A DNA stretch of 64,000 nucleotides, from positions 352,455-416,454 of the forward strand of contig NMRA01000308.1 in NCBI GenBank assembly GCA_002633005.1, given 5' to 3'. This document shows, piece by piece, positions 22,501-34,800 of this stretch. Positions within the stretch are counted from its first letter, which is position 1; the number at the start of each line of letters is the position of its first letter. The position numbers and the translations under genes were made by a program. This stretch comes from Phoronis australis (lineage: Eukaryota > Animalia > Phoronida). The notes under the pieces were generated by a model. The model had not been told where the DNA came from. It saw nothing but the letters and a program-made list of their open reading frames with translations, and did not search any database.

Positions 22501-25500
22501 TCATTATTATCCACCGACTTTTTCCTTGCAGTTAGTCTACTCTTTCTTGCCATGCCTTGCAATGGCATTTTTCTCTCAACACACTACAAGCGACGTTACA
22601 CGCACACGGGATGTTCCAAAAATGACAAAAAGTATGAAAATCAGGATGCGGTTTTACCGGGGACTAGCAGTATTTTTATTACACAAAAAATCCTGCGAGT
22701 TTGATTTATCTTTACTGCAAGGAACAGAAATGGTCGGATTGTGGCACCGAATGCCGCGCTGTGCAGCTCCAGTAGACAACGAGGATTACTAGCCAATAGG
22801 CTAAAGGGAAGAAAGATTAAAACAATTGTTTCTGTTTCATTCTGTAGTTCCTCTCAACAACTCCATGACAGCCACACGTACTTAAAAAACAAAGCATAAC
22901 CACCACTGTAAGTCTAACAACACACCTGGATCTATGACTTCTTTTATTTTACGTAATGACGATCGATACCACCTAGGAGTACGTGCCACAGATAACACGC
23001 GGGGATATGACCTTGAATTGAATGTAACTGAAGCTGTCTAACTTCCTGGGGAGTTTTCAAAACCCAATATTTAATTAACGTATATCTTTGAGTTTTCATT
23101 GCCTCCCTTGTCAATTCTTCAAATGCATTATTCAAGAGTCGAATACTCGACTTATTGAGAAGATTCGGCAAACCGTTATCGGCCGTTTTTAGGCCTTGTG
23201 TTAATTCACCGCTTTTCTTAAAGCCGCTCTAATTTTCTGCAGTGGCATAGGCCGATCCACACAAAATTTATTTATTTGTATGCTTGTTTAATGGTTTTCA
23301 GTATAAAGAAATATATTTCACAATTTCCATTAATTTATTTTCAGCCGTCAAAATGAAGACAAAATGGAAAGGTGGTTCTTATTTTCATTGTTTGGCTCTA
23401 AATCAAAAACCTAAAACACGCTTCCCTTCATAAAACATCAAGTTGACAGCGGTTACGATTTTTAGAAATTCACGTTCAAAATCAGACATGCCACATTTCA
23501 CATCAAATTTATCTCGGACCTTATCGACTAGTCAGTGTATAGAGCCACATATCTGACTTTAACTCAGTGAAAACAGACAGTTTTTATGAAATCAAGAAAG
23601 CCTGTAGAATTTCAAGTTTGCCTTTATACCAATCTGCTATTCGTGATCATGTTTTTAATAAAAGTTAGGAAAAAACGAAAGGTAGATCCATAGCAAAACA
23701 ACACTATAAATAAATAAATAAATAACAAGAACAAATACATAACAAGAACAAATTTCATTTGACATAAATGTTCAAGAAGTTGGAAATCCCAAAAAACGCT
23801 GTTACAGTTTTCAAAACCCATTTTGTTTTCGTTTTATGGCAACTTATGAGCTTTTTAATACCGGTAAAAATCAAAAAATCCTATTTTTGATTGCCCTCGT
23901 GCAAAAATGGAACATTTAAAAACATTTCCAAAAGCATTTTGGAGAACAGAGCACAAAGCATGGTATCTGAAAGTTTCACATGAATCCCATCAACCATTTT
24001 TGAGATTTGATGTTCCAAAGTTTGCAAAACTTGGCCACTTTTCAAGGGTCCTACATAACCTTAGTGACAGTCACATGATCATTTAATGACTGTCTTATGG
24101 TTTACAACATAAAATCACAATTTTCAGTCATTGGGCACTCACTTTACTTTACCCGTGTGGCAATGGGCAGAAAAGGTTTTTTTAAGGAAATGTCTTTAAA
24201 GGAACTTGCAAAGGTTGGCTAAGGAAGTAACCATGGCAACGAACATATTGTTAGGGGGAAAGAACCGAGTTTTGGGAGTATTGTTGAAGGGGTTAGTACA
24301 TAAAACATGGTATCTTAAGTCTGACTTGAGTTCCATCATCCATTCGTAACCTAGATGTTCGGAAATTGGCTAAATATAGACATTTTGCTAGGGTTCAACA
24401 TAACTTTTAAGAGGTCTGCTACTTGCAAAAGACCACACCCCTGTATTTCAATGGGTCTTGGGGCTGATCTCAAATACACAACAACGGAACTCATAATGAT
24501 GTTATTTTAATACTAGTTGATTATACTATAACAAGAGTGCTAATCTGTATATAAAAACAATGTTCAAAGTGTAATCAATAATATAATTATTATGCATAGT
24601 AACTTCCTAAAACACAACACACTAAATTTGACCTCCAGTCTAAGGAATGCACCTCACAATAATGTCTATCACAGCAATTACAATTTTCAGCACAAAACAT
24701 ATCTTTCACATATCACACATTAGAACATTGAAAACAGACCTTGAACACATCCAGACCAGCACACAATGTCAACAGAGTTATGATATCTGACTAGCATTAC
24801 ACAAAAAATGAGAAATATATTACATGGATAATACATGGTAGCACACAATTCCACATTACACACATGCAGGTTAACAAAGTTTATTGGATGAACATTGTTT
24901 TCCCATACGAGACTATAAGTAAATGTAAATCCTCTAGGTACGAGGGAGGGGTAAATTCCAAGCATAATAAATTTGTGAGTATAAACTGGCTAGTTTGGAT
25001 ATGCATTACAGGATGGTAGAAATCATAAAAAATATCTCAGTAATTCGTTTACAGCAAAAACAACTGGCAATAACTGGTAACAGAATAGTGAGTCTGCAAT
25101 CTGCCAATGTTTCCCAAGATGGATAGTCAATATGATACTGAGCTACTAGTGCTCAGATGTCTTAATAGGGAATTGCAGGCACAATATGTCTGGTAATACT
25201 TGGCTGTGTTGAAGGTTATTGTAAGGGAGTAATGAGAGAAATAAGATAGTTGTCACCTTGATGTGATCCCTGCTATGTGCAACAATCAGTCTATTATTTA
25301 GTATATGTCTGAATATTTATAGTCACTAATGCCATTTGTTCTTTGTAAGATGATGCGACTTATGTCAAGCTAGACTGATGATATACATAGATGGCGAGAT
25401 ACACATGGTGATGAGGCATACTGCTTGTAGAGACAACTTAACAATCTTCTGTCTGGATAAGGTCATGAAGAAATGGTTTCCAATTGCCACTTCCTGATAT

Positions 25501-26481
25501 ACAACTCTGAATATACAATATTTACCCACAATGCTGGAGATATGGAGGTTTCACAAGTAGACAGGTATGTGATAAATGTTCTCCGACCCTTCAAAGTAGG
25601 TCACCCTTAGAATACCCATTACTACTTCTGAACAAGGAGAGTTGAATTAGAGGGGTGGTTATTGCAGCAAACATTCTTAAATGCCACTGTTTGCTGTGCA
25701 TGTTGCAGGACTTGGCCACTGTCCAACTATCTGTCACATGGTCAGACTGACAGTTACAGCTGAAGTGAGGATATCCATGGGAGAACAGAGAAGTCACAAA
25801 GACAAGAAAACAAACACACACAAAGACAGAATCGTAGAGCAAATACAACAGAGGCATGGAAAAGTCACTGAAGTTTATGGATGTCCTTAAGTCTTAGTCA
25901 CAATCTAAATTTTAGGGACTGCATCAAAAGTTCCTATTACTTTAAACAGGGACTCAATTATTAAGCCTACGAAAATTAAGCCCAAAAATGAGTTCCAAGC
26001 AAGAAATCATGGAGTATGATGAAGAGAAGTATTTACTGACAATGAGTTATAGTCAGTTTGCATTTCTGAGAAAACTAATTTGAAACTAGAAAACATGAAT
26101 GGATTGCGAGACCTGACCTTTCATTGATTCTTATACAAAACTCTTAAAGGCGAAGGCAACCTTTTTTCATGTCATTTTGAGCTAAAATAAGGTTGGTTGG
26201 TTATCCTTGACATATTTTCCACTTAATTACAGCTTTTCGTAATTTTATTAATTACTCGTCCTCTACTGCGGAAGTGACGTTTTAAGAGGCAAGCGTTTCC
26301 CGCCACTTGGTTTTGCGTTAAGTTTACCGTGCGAATCTGTTCTATTCTACTTTTGTTTTGTGCTGTTTTTCAACAATTGTCGCCACCACTTTCCATCGGC
26401 GAGTATTCTGCGGCAAGATAGGTTAGAAGAGAACTCAACTACGTTGGATTTAGGGATTGTTTAATGTGTTGTAAGCTGAAA

Positions 26482-26790
26482 ATGGATGGAGTCGGAGACC
26501 CGTATCACAGGGACAGTACTGTCAGTGACGGAGACCTTGTTCACAGCAGTGGTGACGAGGAATTTTTTCACGGACATTTAGTGGGTGGGTACATGTTTGA
26601 GCCCAAGTATAACGAGGCAGAGTACGCACAGGCACAGGCAGCTGTTGAGAGAAACGAGGCAGCTACTGAGGACAGATGTGGTGACACATCTTGGTGCAAA
26701 TGCACTTTGTGCGTTGTTATGCCTACCTCAATGGAATGCTTGTGCTGTTCAGAGTTCGACGAGGCCAAGCCACTACTGGACATGGTTAAG
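26482..26790 (+). pseudogene. Truncated P2X7-ballast-like Cys-rich ORF (putative KolX accessory protein)
   Basis: GYMFEP...WCKCTLCVVMPTSMECLCCSE matches the WCxCxxCxxMxTxxExxCCxE zinc-binding motif of P2RX7-like C-terminal domains; similarity stops at ~26790. Confidence 0.75.
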
Positions 26791-27552
26791 TGGACCTCCG
26801 GCATACCACGGACAGAGTAACAACTGTCCCACTTGCCAGAATGTCCCGCGACACACTCCCACTGGATGGTGACCTGAGCACCCAAACTGCTTACATCGTG
26901 TCGTGTGACTCCCTCGCCACACACCTGGCACCTTCTAAATAGCTCCAACACTTTAGACAAGTCCACAATAAACTTACCAAAGTTTGGCTCACCGATCTGT
27001 TCACTGGACGAGGAACTGTCCTCTTCACTGGGTGTCGAACTACTCAATATCGCTGTAGGGCTGCTTAGAGGCTCTGGGCTGGAGAAAACAGCACAGGGCG
27101 AATCACTACTGGTTCCAGGAATGGCACGCTCTGGGGTACGTTCGGAGGCACGGGTGACAGTGGATGAAGTGCCTCCACTGGCTCCAGTCACTGTACTGGC
27201 CACAGCTCACGAGGCTTCTCTTCAAAAACGCACTTCTCGGGGGTGGCGACAGGGAACTGTCGGGAATCAACACAGATGGACTGGCATCCTTCTTCAGGCG
27301 TTGTTTCGCAGGGACCTTCATCAGTTCAGCGTACAAATCCCTTTCGTAATCGGACGGCAGAAAGTGCTTGCCACACACACGGAAATTCTCGACTGCTTTG
27401 TACGTTGCGTGGACGGGTAACGCTGCGTTCTTCACACGAACGAGCCAAGTACTGCGAAGTGTGTCATCCATCGCAAAGCGATGCTAAGGTACTCCCAAAG
27501 CGCGTGTGAGACGATAATGAGTACATCCCGGTACGCAGCAACAGTGTGGCAT
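26788..27552 (-). pseudogene. THAP-domain transposase N-terminal relic
   Basis: MPHCCCVPGC...*HRF...W...RVCGKHF...LKKDASPSV (C2CH THAP with one in-frame TAG), then after a frameshift KFIVDLSKVLELFRRCQVC...CVAGHSGKWDS; the DDE core is missing. Confidence 0.82.
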
Positions 27553-27821
27553 GTTGACGGACTAGTAAATGAAAGCAAACGACGACGTAACTTAACACAA
27601 CCGAGGTAGAACAATGACTGACTTGGCAGCTCTCACACTCAGACTATATGAAAAGAAATTGGCGCGAAATGCTTGCCTCCTAAAAGGTCACTTCCGGAGT
27701 AGCGGACGAGTAATTAACAAAATTAAGAAAAGCTGTAATTAAGTGGAAAATATGTCTAGGATAACCAACCAACCTTATTTTAGCTCAAAATGACATGCAA
27801 AAAGGTTGCCTTTGCCTTTAA

Positions 27822-28269
27822 GTCCTGTCCACACACAGCCTACCCTAGAACAACTTGCACTCATGAAACTTATCCGGTCACTTTTAACACACATCCTATA
27901 ACTTTGGTAAGGCAGAAGCTGTCACTCTGTGCATGACTGTGAACAGTTGGTGTGTATAGGACACACAAAAGACCTGTCTGTTATGAACAGTTGATGTGTA
28001 TAGGACACACAAAAGACCTGTCTGTTATGCAGCCGCAGCTGATAATTACTTCCATCTTGCCTCAGGTTTGGGGCCACAGAGATTAGAAGTGGCGCAAGTT
28101 ACCCTAGAACAAGTTGCCCCACTTTGATAAGGTGAAGTAAGTTATCACAAGTTGAGTAAGTTACACTGGATTAAATAGCGTCCAGACAGCCCTCTAATTG
28201 TGTCACTTGCGACAACTCGTTCCACGAGTAACTTGTTCTAGCTAAGGGTAAGTCATGTGTGGACGGCAC
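27822..28269. mobile_element. MITE abutting the Kolobok element, TTAA-flanked
   Basis: GTCCTGTCCACACA...TGTGTGGACGGCAC ends, with further subterminal matches (CTAGAACAA / TTGTTCTAG). Confidence 0.65.
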
Positions 28270-28636
28270 TTAAGACTACCCTTAAAATATTGCTCCTTAC
28301 CCTTCATCATACCCACAATGCTCCAAAATTAGCAGGTCAGAAGGTTAAGTAGTTTTCTAATTTTCATTGTTGGGATACCCTCATTTATGTCACAACAGAA
28401 TTGTTGTAATCAAGCCTGAAAAAACAATTCTTTTGTCAGATATCACATACAATATTTTGAATCACACAAACTTTACGGTTGGTGGTGTGAGCACAAACTA
28501 ATTAAATTTAAATTTTGTTAGTCCCACAAATTGGTATCTCTTCATGCAACTGGCTATCTAACAAAAAGACGACCACCATTCAGTGACCATGTCCAGAAGT
28601 ATTAAGACATAACTTGTGAAAAATGACCTGGCAGTT

Positions 28637-28824
28637 TCACTTGAACCTAGAGGTGAATACTTTGATAGCACCGCTGAAGTCGGCAGTGACGAGCGCTTCA
28701 CCTGGACACTTCTTGACATCTTTATTTTGAGAACTCTTTAAGGACTGAGCACCACCGCAGGCATTCATAAACATTAGAGATGGGTTTGGTGCAAACACTG
28801 CAGAGGTCACTACAGCCTGGTGAA
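28637..28824 (-). CDS. WDR44: WDR44 terminal coding exon 20 (HQAVVTSAVFAPNP...ALVTADFSGAIKVFTSRFK*)
   Basis: ttacag acceptor; conserved C-terminal motifs; TGA stop. Confidence 0.93.
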
Positions 28825-31800
28825 CTGTAAGAACAATGACACAACGTAAAGATGATGTCATCATGGTGACATGAAACAGTACACATGTTCACCACAGCCA
28901 AGAAACCCACGCAGATATTAGAGACATGTTGACATACTCTTAGGTGCAAGTTAAACAAGTCCTGGATACATTACAGACAAGCTTGATAACACATGTGCCC
29001 ACAATACTTAGCAATAACAATCTTATTTCTACAGCTCAAAAGTCACAATTTACAAAATAACAAGAATACAAAGGTTTACAACAATAACACCGATAGCTCA
29101 ATTATTATGCAAGTAACAAATGAGCCGAAATTGACAATTTTCTGTCTTCCACATACAAACTACCTTGCTTCAAAAAACAACACAGATACTTTTATGAAGT
29201 GGTGTATTATGTCAGCTGCGCAGTCTAGCTCAAGCTAACAATCAAGTAGAATGGGGGAGTTTCAATAAGAAAGGGCAATTTCTCATGTGGGACCGGATGA
29301 CTGTGACTTTTAGAGGACAATTACGAGGCAATTTAACTTTGTTTAAGTGTATCCCGTCTAAACACATAAACTACAAAAAGTTTTTTTCACCAAGTCAAAT
29401 ATTCCTCTGTGCCACCTGCTGCAAAGAAAATTACCTGCTTTAGCCAGGTGGAGATAAAAGTAAACAATCCCAAGTGATAAGTACACATTGCTCCCTTAAC
29501 TAAAGTGTCCTATATCATGACATTCAATTTGCAGAGAATTTGGACAAAACAAAATTCCACCTTTTGCTATATTATTGTGTTTGAACTAAATAAGCATGAC
29601 AAGATTTTCAACTTCTTACCCAAAGGCTTTCTGAAAATGATCCAGAAATATTTCCACAGCAGAACCTGTCTGTTGTATGCTGAGATCCCAAATGGAAAAT
29701 TAAGAAAAAAATTGCCACTAGGGGTCACAGAGCTATTTGGATCTATCCGAAAGTTGTGATCATTTACTGCCACCTTCACAGAAATACTCTTGCTAAATTA
29801 AAAGATTCTGCAAAGAGCTTAGGACATACAGCCAAAGATGCAAAACAAAAACAAACTGCCACTTGTAAGTGCCACAGTAGTCAGGAACATGTACGCCAAT
29901 TTTCACATCATCCTCAGAGTGGCGTGGTCCATGGAGTGGCAGATGCCAAAACAGATTTTAAAACAGTGAACATGGCCAATAGGTGGCGCAAAATATGTCA
30001 AATTTAACCAAAACATGATGGGGGTGTCATCTCCAGAATCCTATTTGCAAAATTTCATGAAATTCCAAAATAAAGAAACAAAGACAAACGTCAACAACTA
30101 CAGTTGCCACAAGGGGTAAACCAGTGTCGAATTCGTCTGAAAATTCGCTCAAGCCGTCCCATCCATAAAAGGACCATATAAGCAACATTTCATAAACATA
30201 CATCTAAAGGCTTCACAGATACAACAGTGGACACTGGATGGACAGGGGTGACGGCATAATGCACCCTCGTGTCCATATAAACATGCACCCTCATATTTAC
30301 ATAAACAAGCACTCTCACGATTATATAAACACAAGGAGTGCCTAAAAATGATCCCATTCCTCATTAAATGCGTAAATATAATTTACCTCTGAATGCCTCC
30401 CAGTAGATGTTGCGGTCCCTCCTGGCAGAGGAGAGCTTGTTGAATTGATGGCTTGTGCGCCAGATGTAGACAAGTCGGTCTTCAGAGCCACAACAGATGT
30501 ATTTACCATCACAGCTGAAAGAACAATGGTGATTTGACCGCCATTAACACACCTCTCACTGGGAAGTGTGCATTCCGCTAAGAAAGTTTCTTGAGAATTT
30601 AGCAAGATCATGCAACACCGTGTATAACCATGTGTGAGTGAAAGGTGTTTCACAAGTACACTGTGCACAACCATGTGTGAGTGAAAGGTGTTTCACAAGT
30701 ACACTGTGCACAACCATGTGTGAGTGAAAGGTGTTTCACAAGTACACTGTGCATTAACCATGTGTGAGTGAAAGGTGTTTCACAAGTACACTGTGCATTA
30801 ACCATGTGTGAGTGAAAGGTGTTTCACAAGTACACCTGGAGCCTTACTAGTGTAGATCTAAGAAAATGGCCACTAAAGATGTAATTGGACAGTATGTAAG
30901 AACAGTCCATAAGTGTGTCATGGACGTTTACAAAAGGCAATTTAACAGCTGCCTGTTGTGGATGGATGATGCATGTTTACAGAGGCCACTTAACAGATGC
31001 CTGTTAGGAGTGGATGTAAGGATATTCTAAGCACAATAAAATATCAGCAATTTAGGATATTAAGTGAAATTTTACTTTAATGTTTCTTAACAAAAGTTAA
31101 GTAACACGAAATAAATGCTATGCCATTTATGAAGATCCATACTCTAGCTATTCTCAAGCAATGATTCTGAGATATAGTCGGTACTCACGATGTAAGGAGA
31201 CTTTGAAAAAAAGACCAATTTAGGTATTAATTACTTTTGTCCAAAAGCGTTGCGATTTTACTGTACTTGTTATAATTGTATTTTTAGGTATATGTTTGAT
31301 CTCTAACAGGTCTGGAAAGACACCGACCCTGTTTCTTTATCTGTAAGTAAATTTATTGAAAAGACAAATTTCGTCGAAAACACGACTAAACTTTTTGTTT
31401 GAAAGCTTGATACAGTCACTCATTGTGTCCAAACAATCTCCTTTCTTTTCAACGAACTTTGTGTTAATGAAGGCATGCTACTGAACTATACTTACTGAAA
31501 AGAGAATTAAATTAAGTTTTTATCATTTTCATTATCATTATATGGTAGATCCCAAGCTAATGACTGGAGTAGAAACAAGATTCGCAATTGGCAAGTCAAT
31601 GCTTTTACAATCCCATTTCAAGCTGTACAAAATCAGCTAATAGTGCACTAATGAAAGGAAAAAACATGGTGAAATATGACTTTTAATATTCCTGATTTAA
31701 GGCTTTTTAACATAAAAATGCATATGCTTTAAGGCAAAAATCTGCTCCAAACTAGGATAATCAAGTTTCAAAGGGTTCAACAAGTAAGCAGTTCTGGGTA

Positions 31801-34800
31801 AGACCTTTGTCCCCAACTGTTAAATATTGATATATTGATGTATTTGTGAACATACCCTAAGCAGTGTAATTGTAGAACAGATAAGTGAAATTGTTTCCTG
31901 CAAACAGTCCGGGCACTATGGTAGTGATGTTCAGTGCAGCTGATGCACTGTTGTTGTTTATTGAGACATGAAAGCTAGACGCTGAACTGCTACACAGTTA
32001 GTGCCTGCTGAAGCTTGAAAGGCAGCATCATTCAGTAGTCTGCAGAGGTACAGGCTAGCATTACTTGTATGCAAATGTGGAACATGTGATGGGTACTGGA
32101 GTTAAGGCATGGATTCTGCAGGAGAGTCTGAGAATGTAAGAGATCGGTCTAGTTATGAACTGGAGGACATGAAGCCAAAGTGGGGTGATTGATTGGATCC
32201 TTACATAGTGGTATTGAGACAGTTGGTGTTGGTCTCATGTATACAGTTGTGTGTTGTATCGTCACATGAGTGTTCTACAGTGTTGTGATAGACTGAAACA
32301 AAACATTGAACTCAGCTCACTCGACATTGGTACAACAGTAAAGGACAATTGGAAACATGGTTTAAAAGCAACGATCCACTAGAACTCTCCAGTATTTCTG
32401 ACTCTATCAGGGCGACAGAATTTCTTTAAGTTGACGGTGTTTACCATTCGCTTAATTATGTAACATTGTACGTGTCATAGTCTCGTTGATTCATAATTGT
32501 TCATGATGTCGGCTGGTGCATGATATACCTGTTCTAATGTTTTTCCAACTTGTTTATGATTTCAGTGATTTTAATTACTTTGTGATACAAACATTGTTCA
32601 AATCATGTCGCACAATGGTAGTGTTAACTTTAACTTATATTATTTCAAAATGGGTTTGAGGCTGTGGTGTAGAGGCTGTGGTGTAGAGGCTGTGGTGTAG
32701 AGGCTGTGGAGTGACAATACATTCTTCACTTCAAAAAGAGCACAAAATGAGTCAGGAAAGTATTTTCGTCAAGGACTACTGGCTCACCTGAAGCTGGCCC
32801 TTATCTGACTGCTGCTGTTTGATCCCCCCTTGTATTTACAAGTGAGGGTCAGATCTCGTAGGTCGTACAGTCGGATACGAGAGTCATTAGATGTGACCAG
32901 AACCTGCAAACAAGCATTTTCAGAGTACAGAATAATCTGAGGAACCATCCATGAAATTCAAAGTCCTGGATTCTCTAGGTACACTTATGCGAAGATAATC
33001 ACAGGGGAAATGATAAAAACTTATGATGTGCGCACAGAACACGCATGCACAGAATCTTAAATTAATAAACTTTTCTCCATGCTCTCCATTAACTGAAAAT
33101 AAAATCCTTTATCCCCTGCATGCATTCCTCCATTTTCTACTATCTCCACAATTCAACTCAAGAATGCACATGTCCATGCCAGTAGATACCTAATAAGCAC
33201 TTTCTCAGCCAAATTTGAACACCAAAGTTTTTTAATTTTTCATCAGTAATCTGTTTTTAAATTATTTATTAAATATTCAATAGAAGTACTTTTCTGTCAT
33301 TAATATGTTTTTAGGGTCTGAAAACCAACATATTGACCTCAGTGAATGTCAATGATTGGACAATATTCCATTAAATTACTAACCTTATCTTCACCAGGAA
33401 GTGATTCAATTCCAGTTATCTTATGACCTTTGGCATTTTTACCTCTCGTTGACCTCACATTAATCACTGTATAGTACTTCAGTTGCTGTAAAATGTAACA
33501 TAAAGCATTAATAGACAAGTAGTGGGAGTTAAAGGTGCTTTGGGAAATCTTTGGACATAATTAACATAACTACAGCCTGTTAGAAATATAACTACAGCCT
33601 GTTAGAAATATAACTACAGCCTGTTAGAAATATAACTACAGCCTGTTAGAAATATAACTACAGCCTGTTAGAAATATAACTACAGCCTGTTAGAAATATA
33701 ACTACAACCTGTTAGAAATATAACTACAACCTGTTAGAAATATAACTACAGCCTACTAGAAGTATGACTACAGCCTATTAGAAATATAACTACAGCTTAC
33801 TAGAAATAGTCATCTCAAAGAGCAATCTAGTTCAAAAAACTTAAAAATATAATATGTCACATGGCATAATGTTCACATCCTTTCTGTTATCAAACTAAAA
33901 GCCTTTTTGAGCCCAATTTTGTATCTCGACCGAGATCAGATAATTGACTATTCTCGTCTATTTCTGTGACCCGAGTTCCTGTGTGTCAGTTCAGGAATGA
34001 TTCCTGAAAGCCAGTCATGTTGTCCTTGAAAACGTATTGACATCACCGTGAGCATAAAATGTGTTGTTACTTTGTTTGGTTATTCTTGATTCCAAATGTG
34101 GTTCTTTTTATACAAACGTGATTATTTATTGTCCAAATTTTACCTGTTCTTTGCACATGACAAATGATATTTAATGCATAATCATAAGTTTGTGAAGTAT
34201 GTCAAATCTCCCGCAGCCAACACTCTGTACTGCAGTCAGCCCTCACTCATCGCCTAGGGTACGTCAAATTTCAGCAACGGTATCCGTATAGGTAATAAAT
34301 TAGAGGAAAAAATTTCTAGATCAGCAAATGTCTTATCTTTATCGCAATATCATGAAACTGATGCAAAGTAACAGCCTGGAGTGAGCAATTGCCGTGTGGC
34401 AACCCAGACGTGTGAGCACAGTGTGTACTTGGCAGCAAATCAACACCGGCTTTACTAGGCGTTAAAATGTGTGCTACCACGACTAACTGCTGTAATTGTA
34501 AGATTCAACTTTGAATGAAATGTAACCTCATGACTTGACTGTAATATTCAACAGGAATAAAGCGTTGTCCTTTTAACTTGTCTTTCATCCATACAGCTCA
34601 TACCTCAGTATTATAGAATATACACCTTCCGTCATACGTTCCAACCACAGCAAACTTGCCATTCTGGCAGAAGCTTGCAGCTGTGATCAACTTAGTGTGT
34701 CCACTGACTTCATTCCACAGTGCCACCTTCTTGTCAGGAATGTTCCACAACCGCAGTTTTCCATCCAGTGAACCACTCAAGAAGTATCGGTCATCCTACA

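Larger units (their letters stand above)
26148..27817. mobile_element. Internally deleted Kolobok-type DNA transposon (1670 bp)
   Basis: TTAA on both sides (26144-47, 27818-21), AGG...CCT termini, ~160-bp imperfect TIRs, convergent THAP/transposase and Cys-rich ORF remnants. Confidence 0.88.

Noticed and set aside
26464-26820. Host P2RX7 receptor gene
   Set aside because: No P2X channel or transmembrane exons; the ORF lies inside TIRs with TTAA TSDs and is truncated
26905-27420. 171-aa plus-strand ORF
   Set aside because: Antisense shadow of the THAP/transposase relic
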